Part shown: positions 1 through 13,934 of the stretch, in pieces
Layout: each line of letters opens with the position of its first letter
Numbering within the stretch: position 1 is the stretch's first letter
Assembly (NCBI GenBank): GCA_035510935.1
Contig: DATKGA010000034.1
Coordinates: 2,145-66,144 of the forward strand
Direction: 5' to 3'
Length of the DNA: 64,000 nucleotides
DNA from: Acidobacteriaceae bacterium
Lineage (GTDB): Bacteria; Acidobacteriota; Terriglobia; Terriglobales; Acidobacteriaceae
The notes under the pieces: generated by a model
Told to the model about the DNA's origin: nothing
Seen by the model: the letters and a program-made list of their open reading frames with translations, nothing else
Databases searched by the model: none
Program-made: the position numbers and the translations under genes

Positions 1-165
1 CCCTTCGGATTCCAGCCCACATTCGTAGATGGCGTTTTTGCTTGGCCCCGGCTTGTTCGGGGAGAAGAACCTGGCCCACAACCAAGCCAGCAGAAGGGTG
101 GACAGGGCGAACGTAACAGCAGCAAGCATCAGCACAATGACAGGCAAATAAAGGCTGTTCGTCAT
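1..165 (-). CDS. nuoA: NADH-quinone oxidoreductase subunit A, N-terminal part (gene runs off the window start)
   Basis: Minus-strand ATG at 165-163. My own translation is MTNSLYLPVIVLMLAAVTFALSTLLLAWLWARFFSPNKPGPSKNAIYECGLESEG: a TM helix followed by the YECG motif typical of NuoA/ND3. It is absent from the ORF track only because it is shorter than 60 aa. Confidence 0.7.
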   Translation of the reverse strand, partial: MTNSLYLPVIVLMLAAVTFALSTLLLAWLWARFFSPNKPGPSKNAIYECGLESEG

Positions 166-284
166 ATAGCTGCGTCCTCAGACTCCACTTTAGCAGACCC
201 TCGTCCCGTAAGTCTTGTGACGGGGCTCACTTAATTCCTGTATACGCGGGGCGCAGAATGGGGATTGGTATTGGAGGCAACAGA

Positions 285-3913
<3,629 letters not shown>

Positions 3914-3917
<4 letters not shown>

Positions 3918-4921
3918 TCGATCTGACAACGGAATATCTGGGCCTGAAGCTGAAAAGCCCACTGGTGGTGTCTTCCTCGCCACAGACGGAATCGACGGAG
4001 AACATACAACGACTGGAAGCAGCCGGGGCGGCAGCAGTGGTGCTGCCCTCGATCTTCGAGGAGCAACTGACGCTGGAGAGCAACGCGCTGGACAGCGATC
4101 TCTCGCGTGGCACAGATTCGTTTGCGGAGTCGATGAGCTACTTTCCTGCCTATGAGAGCTACCGCCAGGGACAGGATGCCTATCTTAGCCACATTCGCCG
4201 CACCAAGAGCGTTGCCGGCATTCCTATACTGGCAAGCCTGAACGGGGCGACATCCGGCGGATGGGTAAGATTCGCCAAGGAGATCGAACAGGCCGGCGCA
4301 GACGCACTGGAACTGAACACCTATTCGCTACCTACCGACCCACGCATCACGAGCGCTGCCATCGAAGATGGAATCGTCGATCTGGTGCGCGCGGTAAAAC
4401 AATGCATAACGATTCCCATCGCAGTCAAACTCTCGCCGCAGTTCACCAGCATTCCTCACCTGGCCGCCAAGCTGGATCAGGCAGGTGCCAGTGGGATCGT
4501 TCTCTTCAACCGCTTCTACCAGCCGGACTTTGATATTGAAAACCTAAGCGTGACACCCCGGCTCACCCTTAGCCGCCCGGAAGAGCTGTTGCTACGGCTG
4601 CACTGGGCCGCGATCCTCTATGGCGATCTGAGCGCGGACATTGCCGTCACCGGCGGGGTACACAGCGCGGAGGACGTTCTGAAGGCCATCATGGCCGGCG
4701 GTCAGGTCGCGATGATGGCCTCGGTGCTGTTGATCAACGGCGTTGCACAGCTCGACATCATCCAGTCCAACCTGTTGCGCTGGATGGAGGAGCATGATTA
4801 CCGATCCATCCGCCAGATGCGCGGCAGCCTTAGTCGCCGTTCCGTACCGGACGTCTCACCCTTTGAACGCGGCAACTATATTAAAACTCTGAGTAGCTAT
4901 ACCCTGCGTAAGACAGCATAG
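3914..4921 (+). CDS. Dihydroorotate dehydrogenase-like TIM-barrel flavoprotein (not assumed to be PyrD)
   Basis: MIDLTTEYLGLKLKSPLVVSSS resembles a class-1 DHODH N-terminus. ELNTYSLP and the C-terminal GGV.S.EDVLK...AG pattern also fit. The ATG at 3914 overlaps the nifJ stop (ATGA), implying translational coupling. The track start at 3800 lies inside nifJ and is rejected. Confidence 0.75.
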
Positions 4922-5145
4922 CTGTCTGAACCGTTGATCTCTCCCCCTGTCGTACCACACAGCCCTGCCCGTGCCTCGATCCTCGAATGCGGCGGAGGCT
5001 GAGTGCTTATTTCAGCGCCCGGGCAGACCCTACACCACAGCAATGCGTGGGATACGAGAGTGCGATAGTCTGTCGCATTGCGTATGCGTTACGCTGGACA
5101 GGGTTTCAAGCGATACTGGTAGAACCGAGCTGAGGCATCGGACAA

Positions 5146-8100
5146 ATGGAATTTCACATCTCCCGCGACGTTCGCGAAGCGACCAAGGTCGATGACATGC
5201 TGTTCAGCTACACCGGAAATGTTGTCTTCGCCGATGTCGCTGCCAGCCGCAAGCTGGCCGAGGCGCTGAACCGTGCGCGTGGCGCGGACGCCGAACCGGC
5301 TGGCGTGATCAATGCCGGCGGGCTGTTTGCCATGGGACTGATCGACGAGCTGAGCCACGCGCTGGTTGAACGCTATCGCAAGCAGATCGACCCTGCGGTG
5401 CTGGCGGAGGCGGTGCGCTGGTTTGCCGCTCAGATTGACGCCGACAAGAGTAAGCCGGGAAGACTGGAAACCCTGCTGCACGCCTTCACCGAGCAATTCC
5501 CCAACGCTGCGATCTTCCGCGGCGATCAGACCGCCGACCAGTGGCTGCGCGGTTCCAGCGACGGCCGGCCCAACCGGGAGGCAGCCCTGGAAGAGTTGCT
5601 GATGTTATGGATCGCCAACAGCAACCCCGCGTTCAAGCCCTTTCAGCAGCTCTTTGCAGACCAGGGTCTGAAGCAAAATACGGTCTACGCCGACGTTACA
5701 GCGTCCTTCCCGGAGTTCTTCAGCACGCGCCCTCCGATTGCACCGGAGATTGGCAGCCTGTACGACGCCCTGCGCGCGCCTATGCTGGCCTCGCCCGATT
5801 CGCTGACTGGCCAGCTCGACTTTATCCGCGAACGTTGGGCACCTTACCTGGGCGGCGACCTCAAGCGCATTCTGCTTGCCATCGATGTGCTGCGCGAAGA
5901 GGACCTGGCCATCTGGATGCGGTTTAATCCACCTGGCCCCGACCAGTTCCGTCATGGCGCTCCCTCGTGGGGCTCGATGGGATTCGAGGGTGACGAGTTC
6001 ATTGGATACGACGAACTTCTCCGTCGCCGCTATCCTTCCGGTTATCAGGCTCCGCTGGATGAGTACGAGGCATTCAGCGCGGACCAGGCCTGGATGCCCA
6101 ATGTGGTGCTGATGGCAAAGAGCACCTATGTCTGGCTGGAACAGCTCTCCAAGAAGTACCTTCGCCACATCCACCGGCTGGACCAGATCCCGGACGAAGA
6201 GCTGCAACTGCTGGCTTCACGCGGCGTGACCGGCCTGTGGTTGATCGGTCTGTGGGAGCGAAGCGTAGCATCGCGCACCATCAAGCGACTCCGCGGGCAC
6301 CACGACGCGGTCGCCTCCGCCTACTCACTCAAGAGCTACGATATTGCCGAGGACCTAGGCGGTTGGGAGGCCTACAACCACCTGAAGCACCGCGCCGCCG
6401 CTTTCGGCCTGCGCCTGGCCAGCGACATGGTGCCCAACCACATGGGCATCGACTCGCCCTGGGTGATCGAGCATCCCGACTGGTTCCTGCATCGTTGGGA
6501 GAGCCCGTTCCCGGCCTACAGCTTCCATGGGCCGGATCTTTCTTCGGACAGCCGGGTCGAGATCAAGATCGACGATCGCTATTACGACCAGACGGACGCC
6601 GCCGTCGCATTCCGCCTGCGCCATCACTGGGGTGGATCGACGCGCTACGTCTACCATGGCAACGACGGCACCTCGTTTGCATGGAACGATACGGCGCAGC
6701 TCGACTACTCCAAGGCCGAGGTGCGCGAGCATGTCATTCAGACCATCCTGCATGTAGCGCGCCTGTTCCCGATCATCCGCTTCGATGCGGCGATGGTGCT
6801 GGCCAAACGGCATGTGCAACGGCTCTGGTTTCCGCTTCCCGGAGCGGGCGGATCGATCCCCTCGCGCGCGGAGAACGCCATGTCGCAGGAGGAGTTCGAC
6901 GCGCTGATGCCCAATGAGTTTTGGCGCGAGGTGGTGGATCGCGTTGCCGCCGAGGTGCCTGGCACACTGCTGCTGGCCGAGGCCTTCTGGCTGCTGGAAG
7001 GCTACTTTGTGCGCACGCTGGGGATGCACCGCGTATACAACAGCGCTTTCATGAACATGATGCGTGACGAGGAGAACGCAAAGTATCGCTCGTACCTGAA
7101 GAAGACCATCGAGTTCGATCCCGATATCATGAAGCGCTACGTCAACTTCATGTCGAATCCCGACGAGCGCACCGCTATCGACCAGTTTGGGACCGGCGAC
7201 AAGTATTTCGGCGTCTGTACCCTTCTGGCCACTCTGCCCGGCCTGCCCATGTTCGCCCATGGTCAGATCGAGGGGTTCACGGAACGCTATGGCATGGAGT
7301 TCAAGCGGGCGACCATGGATGAGTGGCCTAACGACGGCCTGGTAGCGCGCCACCAGCGCGAGATTGCGCCTCTGCTGGCCAAGCGCTATATCTTTGCCGG
7401 GAGCAGCGACTTTACACTCTACGATTTCTGGAACGGCTACGGCCACGTCGACGAGAACGTGTTCGCATACTCCAACCGATTTGGCGACGAGCGCTCGCTG
7501 GTGCTCTACAACAACAAGTACGACAGTACGCGTGGGACGATTCACATCTCTACGGCGTTCATGGACAAGGGCAGCGGTACGCTGCGCCAGCGGAGCCTCT
7601 CCGATGGACTGGGGCTGCCCACCGGCGGCTCGTTGGTCATCGCCTGCCGCGACACCAACGGACTGGAGTACTTGCGCCGTGCCACCGAGTTGCACTGGCG
7701 CGGTCTCAGCTTCGACCTGCATGGTTTCCAGTGCATTGTTCTGCTGGACTGGCGCGCGCTGCAACCGACCGCAGAGTGGCCCTGGGACAGGCTATGCGAC
7801 TCCCTAGAAGGAAGAGGCGTGCGCAGCATCCACGACGAGATGGTGAAGCTTCGCCTGCGCCCGCTGCACGAAGCCCTGCGCGCCGCTATCAGCCCGGCCA
7901 ATGTTCGCACATTCGCCGAGTTTGCCGCCGAGATTGCGAAGCAGACCGCCAAGCAGGGAAGCGTGGCCGATGCATTGCTGAACGCAAAGACTGAACTCGA
8001 TCCACGCCTGCGCGCTCTGGCCGACAAGGGCCAGTTATTTTTGGAACGGCTTCTGGAACAGATTCCCGAAGAGAACCGCACAGCGAGGCCCAGCACTCAG

Positions 8101-8856
8101 ACTAATGCAACGCCGACGACAAGCAGCGATGCCGTGAGCGCATCCACCACGCAGCCCACCGCTATGCCGCGGCCCGAGGCCGCTGCCAAACCAACATACG
8201 CCGCGGCCTTACGCACGATGCTGGCAGCCGGAGCAAATTTGCAAGCACTGGCACAGAGCTTTACCACCAATTGGCCCGCCCAGTCGCGTCCCATTCTGCC
8301 GGGCAACGCTCCAGCCACGCGTCAGGAAAGGACCTGGGCGCCGATTCTCGCATGGTTTGTGCTGCGCAGCATCCCAGAGCACTGCGTGGCGAACGGCGAT
8401 CGCGTCGAGCTATTCGACCGGCTGCTCCTGCGCCATGCGCTAGCCGAACTATTCAGTTCGATGGGAATGGAGGGCGAGGCCAGTTGGCAGGCGGCCGCGC
8501 AGGTTCGGCTACTGCTGACGCCGCAAGCGGTTTTGCCTGAAGCCATCCACGGCGAAGCCCTGTGGGCCGACCCCGACGTTCGCTGGCTGGCCGGCGCCAA
8601 CCTCGCTGCCGGCATTACCTACTTCAACAAGCAACAGTTTGAAGAGCTGCTGACCTGGTTGCAGCTTCCTGTGTTGCTACAGATTGCTCAGGCCGAAGCC
8701 GCCCAAGAGAAATCCGTTCAAACCTGTGATATAGCGGCAGAGATTGCGGCCATCGAAGCCTCCGTCACCGCTGCCCGCAAGGCCGCTCAACGCGCAGGCT
8801 ATGATCTGAACAAGTATCTGGCCGCCTCCACGTCCATAGCGAAGATACACCCGTAA
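5146..8856 (+). CDS. Large alpha-amylase (GH13) family protein with long N- and C-terminal extensions
   Basis: GH13 conserved regions are recognisable: DMVPNH (region I), IRFDAAMVL (region II, nucleophile Asp), LLLAEAFW (region III, acid/base Glu) and NFMSNPDE (region IV). There are about 330 aa before and about 450 aa after the barrel, including a Thr/Ser/Ala/Pro-rich low-complexity stretch (STQTNATPTTSSDAVSASTTQPTAMP). Confidence 0.7.
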   Translation: MEFHISRDVREATKVDDMLFSYTGNVVFADVAASRKLAEALNRARGADAEPAGVINAGGLFAMGLIDELSHALVERYRKQIDPAVLAEAVRWFAAQIDADKSKPGRLETLLHAFTEQFPNAAIFRGDQTADQWLRGSSDGRPNREAALEELLMLWIANSNPAFKPFQQLFADQGLKQNTVYADVTASFPEFFSTRPPIAPEIGSLYDALRAPMLASPDSLTGQLDFIRERWAPYLGGDLKRILLAIDVLREEDLAIWMRFNPPGPDQFRHGAPSWGSMGFEGDEFIGYDELLRRRYPSGYQAPLDEYEAFSADQAWMPNVVLMAKSTYVWLEQLSKKYLRHIHRLDQIPDEELQLLASRGVTGLWLIGLWERSVASRTIKRLRGHHDAVASAYSLKSYDIAEDLGGWEAYNHLKHRAAAFGLRLASDMVPNHMGIDSPWVIEHPDWFLHRWESPFPAYSFHGPDLSSDSRVEIKIDDRYYDQTDAAVAFRLRHHWGGSTRYVYHGNDGTSFAWNDTAQLDYSKAEVREHVIQTILHVARLFPIIRFDAAMVLAKRHVQRLWFPLPGAGGSIPSRAENAMSQEEFDALMPNEFWREVVDRVAAEVPGTLLLAEAFWLLEGYFVRTLGMHRVYNSAFMNMMRDEENAKYRSYLKKTIEFDPDIMKRYVNFMSNPDERTAIDQFGTGDKYFGVCTLLATLPGLPMFAHGQIEGFTERYGMEFKRATMDEWPNDGLVARHQREIAPLLAKRYIFAGSSDFTLYDFWNGYGHVDENVFAYSNRFGDERSLVLYNNKYDSTRGTIHISTAFMDKGSGTLRQRSLSDGLGLPTGGSLVIACRDTNGLEYLRRATELHWRGLSFDLHGFQCIVLLDWRALQPTAEWPWDRLCDSLEGRGVRSIHDEMVKLRLRPLHEALRAAISPANVRTFAEFAAEIAKQTAKQGSVADALLNAKTELDPRLRALADKGQLFLERLLEQIPEENRTARPSTQTNATPTTSSDAVSASTTQPTAMPRPEAAAKPTYAAALRTMLAAGANLQALAQSFTTNWPAQSRPILPGNAPATRQERTWAPILAWFVLRSIPEHCVANGDRVELFDRLLLRHALAELFSSMGMEGEASWQAAAQVRLLLTPQAVLPEAIHGEALWADPDVRWLAGANLAAGITYFNKQQFEELLTWLQLPVLLQIAQAEAAQEKSVQTCDIAAEIAAIEASVTAARKAAQRAGYDLNKYLAASTSIAKIHP

Positions 8857-8859
8857 TTC

Positions 8860-9768
8860 ATGCCCGCGCGCCTCATCCTCAACGCCGACGACTTCGGCCT
8901 CACCCACGGCATCAACCGCGCCATCGGGGAACTACACTCGGCCGGCGTGCTGCCCTCCACCACGCTGATGGCCTCCGGTGCGGCCTTCGACGATGCCGTG
9001 GAGATCGCGCGTGCCCACCCCACGCTCGGCGTCGGCTGCCACGTCGTCCTTACCGATGGGACTCCCGTCTCGCCCCCCGGCACGATTCGTAGTCTGCTCG
9101 GCCCCGACGGCAAAAACTTCCGCGCGTCGCTGACTGGCTTTGTGGAGGCGCACTTGTTGGGACGGATCAACCAGGACGAGGTTGCGCGTGAAACTCGGGC
9201 GCAGATTGAGAAGTTGCAGCGCGCGGGAATCAACATCACCCACCTGGATACGCACAAGCACACGCATCTGTTTCCCTCGATTGCGAGTACGCTTCTACAA
9301 GTAGCTGAGCGCTGCGGAATTCGCTCGATCCGCAATCCCTTCGAGCCGCGTTGGTCGCTCGCGCTGGAACAGGGAAGCCGCGCGCGTCGCGTCGCCGTCC
9401 GGCTCATCGGATGCCTGCGGCCGAGCTTCGAAGCTCATGTGGAGATTGGTGACGGGCGGGTGATGACAACAAATGGCACGGTCGCGATCTCCGCAACGGG
9501 AGAGTTGAATTGCTCGACGCTGGGTGAGATTCTGCGCGCGCTTCCGTCCGACGGGTGCTACGAACTATGCTGCCATCCCGGTTACAACGACAGCGCGCTG
9601 GATTGCGTTCGCACAAGGTTGCGCGCTCAGCGCGATATTGAGCGCGAGGCCCTGCTCAGCGAGATCCCCAAACTCCTTGCCCGCACCAATGCGCCTACTC
9701 TGCTTCACTACGGAGCCTTCGCGGCGGAGCAAATCTCTGCCGCACCTGCGGCAGATGTGACATCCTAG
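8860..9768 (+). CDS. ChbG/HpnK (YdjC) family carbohydrate deacetylase
   Basis: N-terminal [18 protein letters not shown] and later [11 protein letters not shown] and [10 protein letters not shown] motifs are typical of the YdjC family. It starts 4 nt after the GH13 stop. Confidence 0.75.
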   Translation: MPARLILNADDFGLTHGINRAIGELHSAGVLPSTTLMASGAAFDDAVEIARAHPTLGVGCHVVLTDGTPVSPPGTIRSLLGPDGKNFRASLTGFVEAHLLGRINQDEVARETRAQIEKLQRAGINITHLDTHKHTHLFPSIASTLLQVAERCGIRSIRNPFEPRWSLALEQGSRARRVAVRLIGCLRPSFEAHVEIGDGRVMTTNGTVAISATGELNCSTLGEILRALPSDGCYELCCHPGYNDSALDCVRTRLRAQRDIEREALLSEIPKLLARTNAPTLLHYGAFAAEQISAAPAADVTS

Positions 9769-9785
9769 AGTGTCAAGGAGAGCAG

Positions 9786-10736
9786 TTGGCAACCATTGCT
9801 GAAATCGCGGAGCTGGTTGGAGCGCCTACGCCGCAGGCATCGCTTGCAGCAGACGAGATTCTGTCCGTGTCCAGCATTGAGGCGGCCACGCCCAGCGCGC
9901 TGGTTTTTGCCACGGACGCCTCTACCTTGAGCGCCGCGCTTCAATCCGCTGCCGGGGCAATTCTGACACGCAGCGGGCTGCTTGCCGGCAAGGACCCGCA
10001 GGATCCACGCGTGCTTGCGGTGGGCGATCCACGCTATGACTTTGCGCTTACGGCACGGCTTTTGAAGTCGCGGGAACAGGCATCCGGCAACACCGCGCCA
10101 CGCATACATCCTACGGCTGTACTGGGTGCAGACGTTCGAGTGGGGAAGGGAAGCAGCATTGGCCCACATGCTGTGCTGGGCGACGGTGTCGTTCTGGGCG
10201 AGGAGTGCGAGGTGCTGGCCAACGTCGCCATTTATGCGGGCACGGTGATTGGCGATCGCGTCCTGGTACAGGCTGGGGCCGTGCTGGGATCTACCGGCTT
10301 CGGTTACGCACGCAACTCCGCCAGTGGAGAATACATTGCCTTTCCGCAGCAGGGAAAACTGGTGATCGAGAACGACGTGGAGATCGGCGCCAATACCACC
10401 ATCGACCGAGGCGCGCTGGGGGAGACGCGCATCGGCGCGGGAACGAAGATCGACAACCTGGTGCATATCGGGCACAACTGCGTTATCGGGCAGAACGTCG
10501 TCATTGCATCGCAGACAGGGATCTCCGGTTCGTGCGTCATCGAAGACGGAGCGATTCTGGGCGGGCAGGTGGGACTGGGCGAACACGCACACATCGGCCC
10601 CGGTGTGATTCTGGGCGGAGGCGCGGGCGTCCTAAGCCACAAGAAGGTGCATGGGCCGGGCGAGGTCTTTTGGGGTCGTCCGGCGCGCCCGCTGAAGCAG
10701 TACCTGCGCGACCTGGCGCGGCTTAGACGAGGCTGA
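9786..10736 (+). CDS. lpxD: UDP-3-O-acylglucosamine N-acyltransferase
   Basis: Left-handed beta-helix hexapeptide repeats run through the C-terminal two thirds ([25 protein letters not shown]...), with an LpxD-like N-terminal domain ([10 protein letters not shown]). TTG start with AAGGAG 6 nt upstream. Confidence 0.9.
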   Translation: MATIAEIAELVGAPTPQASLAADEILSVSSIEAATPSALVFATDASTLSAALQSAAGAILTRSGLLAGKDPQDPRVLAVGDPRYDFALTARLLKSREQASGNTAPRIHPTAVLGADVRVGKGSSIGPHAVLGDGVVLGEECEVLANVAIYAGTVIGDRVLVQAGAVLGSTGFGYARNSASGEYIAFPQQGKLVIENDVEIGANTTIDRGALGETRIGAGTKIDNLVHIGHNCVIGQNVVIASQTGISGSCVIEDGAILGGQVGLGEHAHIGPGVILGGGAGVLSHKKVHGPGEVFWGRPARPLKQYLRDLARLRRG

Positions 10737-10879
10737 GATGAGCTAACTGAATTGCGACGAAGACGCTCTAGAGCGGAACCAGAGTTACTGTCGTCTGGCG
10801 ACGAGTATGCGATGCGGTTTTCCTTGAGAGAAAACCGCACAAGGCTAGTTGACGCCGGATATACCTATGCTGCTTCCGT

Positions 10880-12493
10880 TCAGTTGGCGCCGTCGGAGAG
10901 CGCGTCCATGTAGGCGACATCGAGCGCCGTGCCCTGGACCGTGACAAACTCATTGTCGATCTCATTTGCAATGCCACTTGACGACAGCACGGTGCTGAAG
11001 ATGTGCACCTGGCCACCGTACGCGGTGTAGACCTTGTTGAAGTTCTGCACCCAGCACAGGCCGGTGAGACTGCCGTAGTAGTACTGGTCGTTATTCTGGT
11101 TGGGATAGGGCACCACTGCGGTAGGTGAGCCAGGAGTGACGGTGGGCACGATCTGAACAGAAAGAACCTGAGCAGGCGTCGATGTACTGAGCTGGGCCAC
11201 TGTGAGACAGTTGTAGTTCTCACCCAGCTTGGCGCGCTCCCCGGTGGCACAGAACTGCGAACCAATCCACAAAGTGTTGTTGTCGGCAAAGAGGATCTTG
11301 GAGTGGCTGCCATCGGAGATGGGGTATATGCCTGTAATGGCGTTGGTGGCCTGATTCATGGTGGACAGGAAACCCTCAAAGAGGCCGTCCGGTTGAAGCT
11401 GCTGGCCTGCCATATAAAGTGTCGTCCCGTCTGATAGCGCCTCGGTGACACCTCCCGGCACAGGCACATTGGCGATCGTGGGGTTTGGCTGCACGGGCGA
11501 CGTGGGAATCACGAGCGTGTTAAGAGGGCCCTGCTGGAGCAGGGTGACGCTGGCCGTCTTTCCACCGCATTCTGGCCCACAGTTGAGCACGTAGGCTGTG
11601 GTGCCATCCAGCGAGTAGTAGACGCTGGTTGGCTGGTCGTATGTCCCTGGAACCTGGACCACGCAGTAGACGGGAAGCAGGGCGGGTTCGCAGTCGGCGG
11701 AGCCGGTAGCCGCAATGGCAGCCTGCGCGGTTTGGAACTGATTCTGGTTCAACTTGAAGACACGGTATAGCGAATTTGAGTTATGCACCATCGCAAGCAC
11801 AACCGAGTCCCCGGTATTGGCGAAGACCTTGAAGACATTAGGCAGGCTGAGCCCGAAAGACTGTCCGGTCAGATTGTCTATGACCTCGAGCACGCCAACG
11901 GCCTCCTCGGCCCCATAGAAGTGCCCGAACCCAGAAGGGAGGGAGATGGCGCCTGCACCTGACTCAAACGATCCCACGGAACCGGCCGAGGTCTCGGTGG
12001 AGTAGTTGATGTTGACAAGGCCTCCGTCACTGTTGGAATAGACGTATCCCCGCGTCTCCGCGGGGAAGTTAAAGATGGTGCCGGGATACCCCGATGAATA
12101 ACCGCTGATGGAAAAAGATGTGATGGTGTTTTCGACGTTGCTGCGAATATCGCGCGAGGCGTCGACGATCTGCAGGTTGCCGATGTTGCCGTTCGCGCTG
12201 ACGCCGATCATAACTCGCTGAGCCAGCTTACTGGGCGGGACTGGCCGGCCAGCATAGTTGTATTCGGGAAACTTGTAGTAGTAGTAGGCTGCCGAGTGGC
12301 ATGAGCAGAGAGCAAGCGTGGACAGCGTAAACAGCAGGACGCAGAGTAACCTGAACCCAAAGGCGACGCCAGAGGCCCTCTGCTCAAGAACCGAGGACTG
12401 GATCAAGGGAGCTTGCGGCGACGGGCCGGGGAACGGCTGATCAGCGGCCCCTCGGACAAACAGACTTCGATTCTTCAACGTGGACAACTCCAA
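10880..12493 (-). CDS. Hypothetical lipoprotein, probably a beta-propeller-like fold
   Basis: Hydrophobic signal ending in a lipobox-like LALCSC, then a Ser/Gly/Thr/Asn/Tyr-rich beta-type sequence with several Cys pairs (e.g. LNCGPECGG). I recognise no enzymatic motif. The exact start is uncertain. Confidence 0.55.
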   Translation of the reverse strand: MELSTLKNRSLFVRGAADQPFPGPSPQAPLIQSSVLEQRASGVAFGFRLLCVLLFTLSTLALCSCHSAAYYYYKFPEYNYAGRPVPPSKLAQRVMIGVSANGNIGNLQIVDASRDIRSNVENTITSFSISGYSSGYPGTIFNFPAETRGYVYSNSDGGLVNINYSTETSAGSVGSFESGAGAISLPSGFGHFYGAEEAVGVLEVIDNLTGQSFGLSLPNVFKVFANTGDSVVLAMVHNSNSLYRVFKLNQNQFQTAQAAIAATGSADCEPALLPVYCVVQVPGTYDQPTSVYYSLDGTTAYVLNCGPECGGKTASVTLLQQGPLNTLVIPTSPVQPNPTIANVPVPGGVTEALSDGTTLYMAGQQLQPDGLFEGFLSTMNQATNAITGIYPISDGSHSKILFADNNTLWIGSQFCATGERAKLGENYNCLTVAQLSTSTPAQVLSVQIVPTVTPGSPTAVVPYPNQNNDQYYYGSLTGLCWVQNFNKVYTAYGGQVHIFSTVLSSSGIANEIDNEFVTVQGTALDVAYMDALSDGAN

Positions 12494-12824
12494 CCTTCAT
12501 GGTGCAAGGGTTTCGCCTGGGCTTAGATATAGTTCACAGTACATGTGGCCGGGCTTGGATCGTGCGAGCCGATTTCCTGAAGGAAAACCACGCGAATGTC
12601 TTGCGCTCAGGAGCCACCTACCGTAAAACCTCTCTACCCTCCGAGTATAGCAAAGGAAGCGGGCCATGAAGACCGTCCGACGATGGTTTGGTGCCGGCTG
12701 CGAAGGTAGCTTAGGATGGTGCAATAGGGTTCAAGACGATGCTGCGGGACTTTTTGGGAAGCGGGTTCGGAGAGATGCATGGCAGGCACAGGCTTGATTA
12801 CTGCGACAGACATAAGAGGCAGGC

Positions 12825-13085
12825 ATGGCGAGCTTTGAAGAACATTTGACGCAGTTGGAAACGGTGGTGGAACGGCTGGAGCGCGGCGACCTGTCGCTCG
12901 ACGAATCGGTGCGCCTGTTCGAGGACGGAATGAAACTCTCCGGCGCTTGCAAGAAGGAGTTGGAGCAGGCCGAGGGCCGCATCCAGGTGCTGGTGGAGGG
13001 CAAAGGCGGCACCATGAAGCCCTCCGATCTGGAGCTGGATAAGCCAGAAGCCGGCGAGATGGATGCGGATGAGGCTGCGGAATAG
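12825..13085 (+). CDS. xseB: Exodeoxyribonuclease VII small subunit
   Basis: 86 aa. FEEHLTQLETVVERLERGDLSLDESVRLFEDGMKLSGACKKELEQAEGRIQVL is the classic XseB helical hairpin. Confidence 0.9.
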   Translation: MASFEEHLTQLETVVERLERGDLSLDESVRLFEDGMKLSGACKKELEQAEGRIQVLVEGKGGTMKPSDLELDKPEAGEMDADEAAE

Positions 13086-13330
13086 CTATAGCTTCCCATT
13101 AATTCGCATGTTGGCTGCTATGGCTGGCCAAGAATGGCGAATATTGCCTCTATCCTGTTTATTTTCTTTATGATGAACCATTCACCCACTGAATGAAATA
13201 TTTTTTCATAAATATGAGTGTATTTTAATCACATTATCTGCTTTGTATATGATAGTATTTCTACATGGATGCTGTGGGCGGCCTACATGCTGTCCATATG
13301 CAGACAAACTATATTTGAGGAGACTTTGAG

Positions 13331-13837
13331 ATGACTACATTGACTCGATTTGTTCCGTTCCGTTCGCCGCTGGCCGATGTCGCCGTGCTACAGAATCGCT
13401 TGAACTCGATCTTCAACGAATTTGCCCTCCCAGCGGGGGAGCAGGAGTCGCTCACCATGGGTAGTTTCATCCCCCCTGTGGACATCTATGAGGACGAGCA
13501 GCAGTTGGTGCTGAAGCTGGAGGTTCCGGGTATTAAGCAGGATGCCCTGGACGTCAACGTGGAGAATCAGACGTTGACTGTAAAGGGCGAGCGCAAGTTC
13601 GAGAACGAGGAGAAGCAAGAGAACTTCCATCGTATCGAGCGGCGCTACGGCAGCTTCACCCGCACCTTCACGCTGCCGCAGACGGTAGACACGGGCGCGG
13701 TGAAGGCAACCTACGACGCAGGCGTGCTGACCATCTCGCTGGCCAAGAAGGAGGCCGCCAAGCCGAAGCAGGTGAAGGTGGAGATCGGCACGACCGCTGC
13801 GCAGCCCAAGCAGGTGGAGGCAAGCAAGGCCGCGTAA
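13331..13837 (+). CDS. Hsp20/alpha-crystallin family small heat-shock protein
   Basis: The alpha-crystallin domain pattern is present: PPVDIYEDEQQLVLKLEVPGIKQDALDVNVENQTLTVKGERK...ERRYGSFTRTFTLP...YDAGVLTISLAK. GAGGAG lies 8 nt upstream of the ATG. Confidence 0.9.
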   Translation: MTTLTRFVPFRSPLADVAVLQNRLNSIFNEFALPAGEQESLTMGSFIPPVDIYEDEQQLVLKLEVPGIKQDALDVNVENQTLTVKGERKFENEEKQENFHRIERRYGSFTRTFTLPQTVDTGAVKATYDAGVLTISLAKKEAAKPKQVKVEIGTTAAQPKQVEASKAA

Positions 13838-13885
13838 TTTATGCGCGGTCCGTTCAACGATTGCAATTAGCAGGCTCTTAACAAT

Positions 13886-13925
13886 CGCCCCGCATGGCCA
13901 GCCAGCCGCGCGGGGCGTTTTGTAT
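13886..13925. terminator. Probable bidirectional intrinsic terminator between convergent hsp20 and the polyprenyl synthase gene
   Basis: Stem CGCCCCGC (13886-13893) pairs with GCGGGGCG (13910-13917), followed by TTTTGTATTT. Confidence 0.55.
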
Positions 13926-13934
13926 TTGGGCTGC

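Noticed and set aside
6355-7764. 469-aa minus-strand ORF, and similar long ORFs opposite real genes: 546-1511, 18702-19775, 20156-21037, 26544-27521, 40438-41484, 41286-42968, 55736-56929.
   Set aside because: All lie antisense to genes with clear family motifs. Their translations are Arg/Gly/Ala/Pro/His-rich and low in complexity, with no recognisable domains. This is typical of shadow ORFs in high-GC DNA.
10814-10838. Perfect 9-bp hairpin (GCGGTTTTC-N7-GAAAACCGC) between convergent lpxD and the lipoprotein gene, as an intrinsic terminator.
   Set aside because: No U-tract follows the stem on either strand, so I did not list it as a terminator. It may still be a stabilising or Rho-related element.
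13086-13330. CIRCE element or sigma-32 promoter upstream of hsp20.
   Set aside because: There is no TTAGCACTC-N9-GAGTGCTAA and no CTTGAAA ... CCCCAT pair. Only an unrelated ATGAAA-N5-TTTCAT palindrome is present, reported separately as unexplained.
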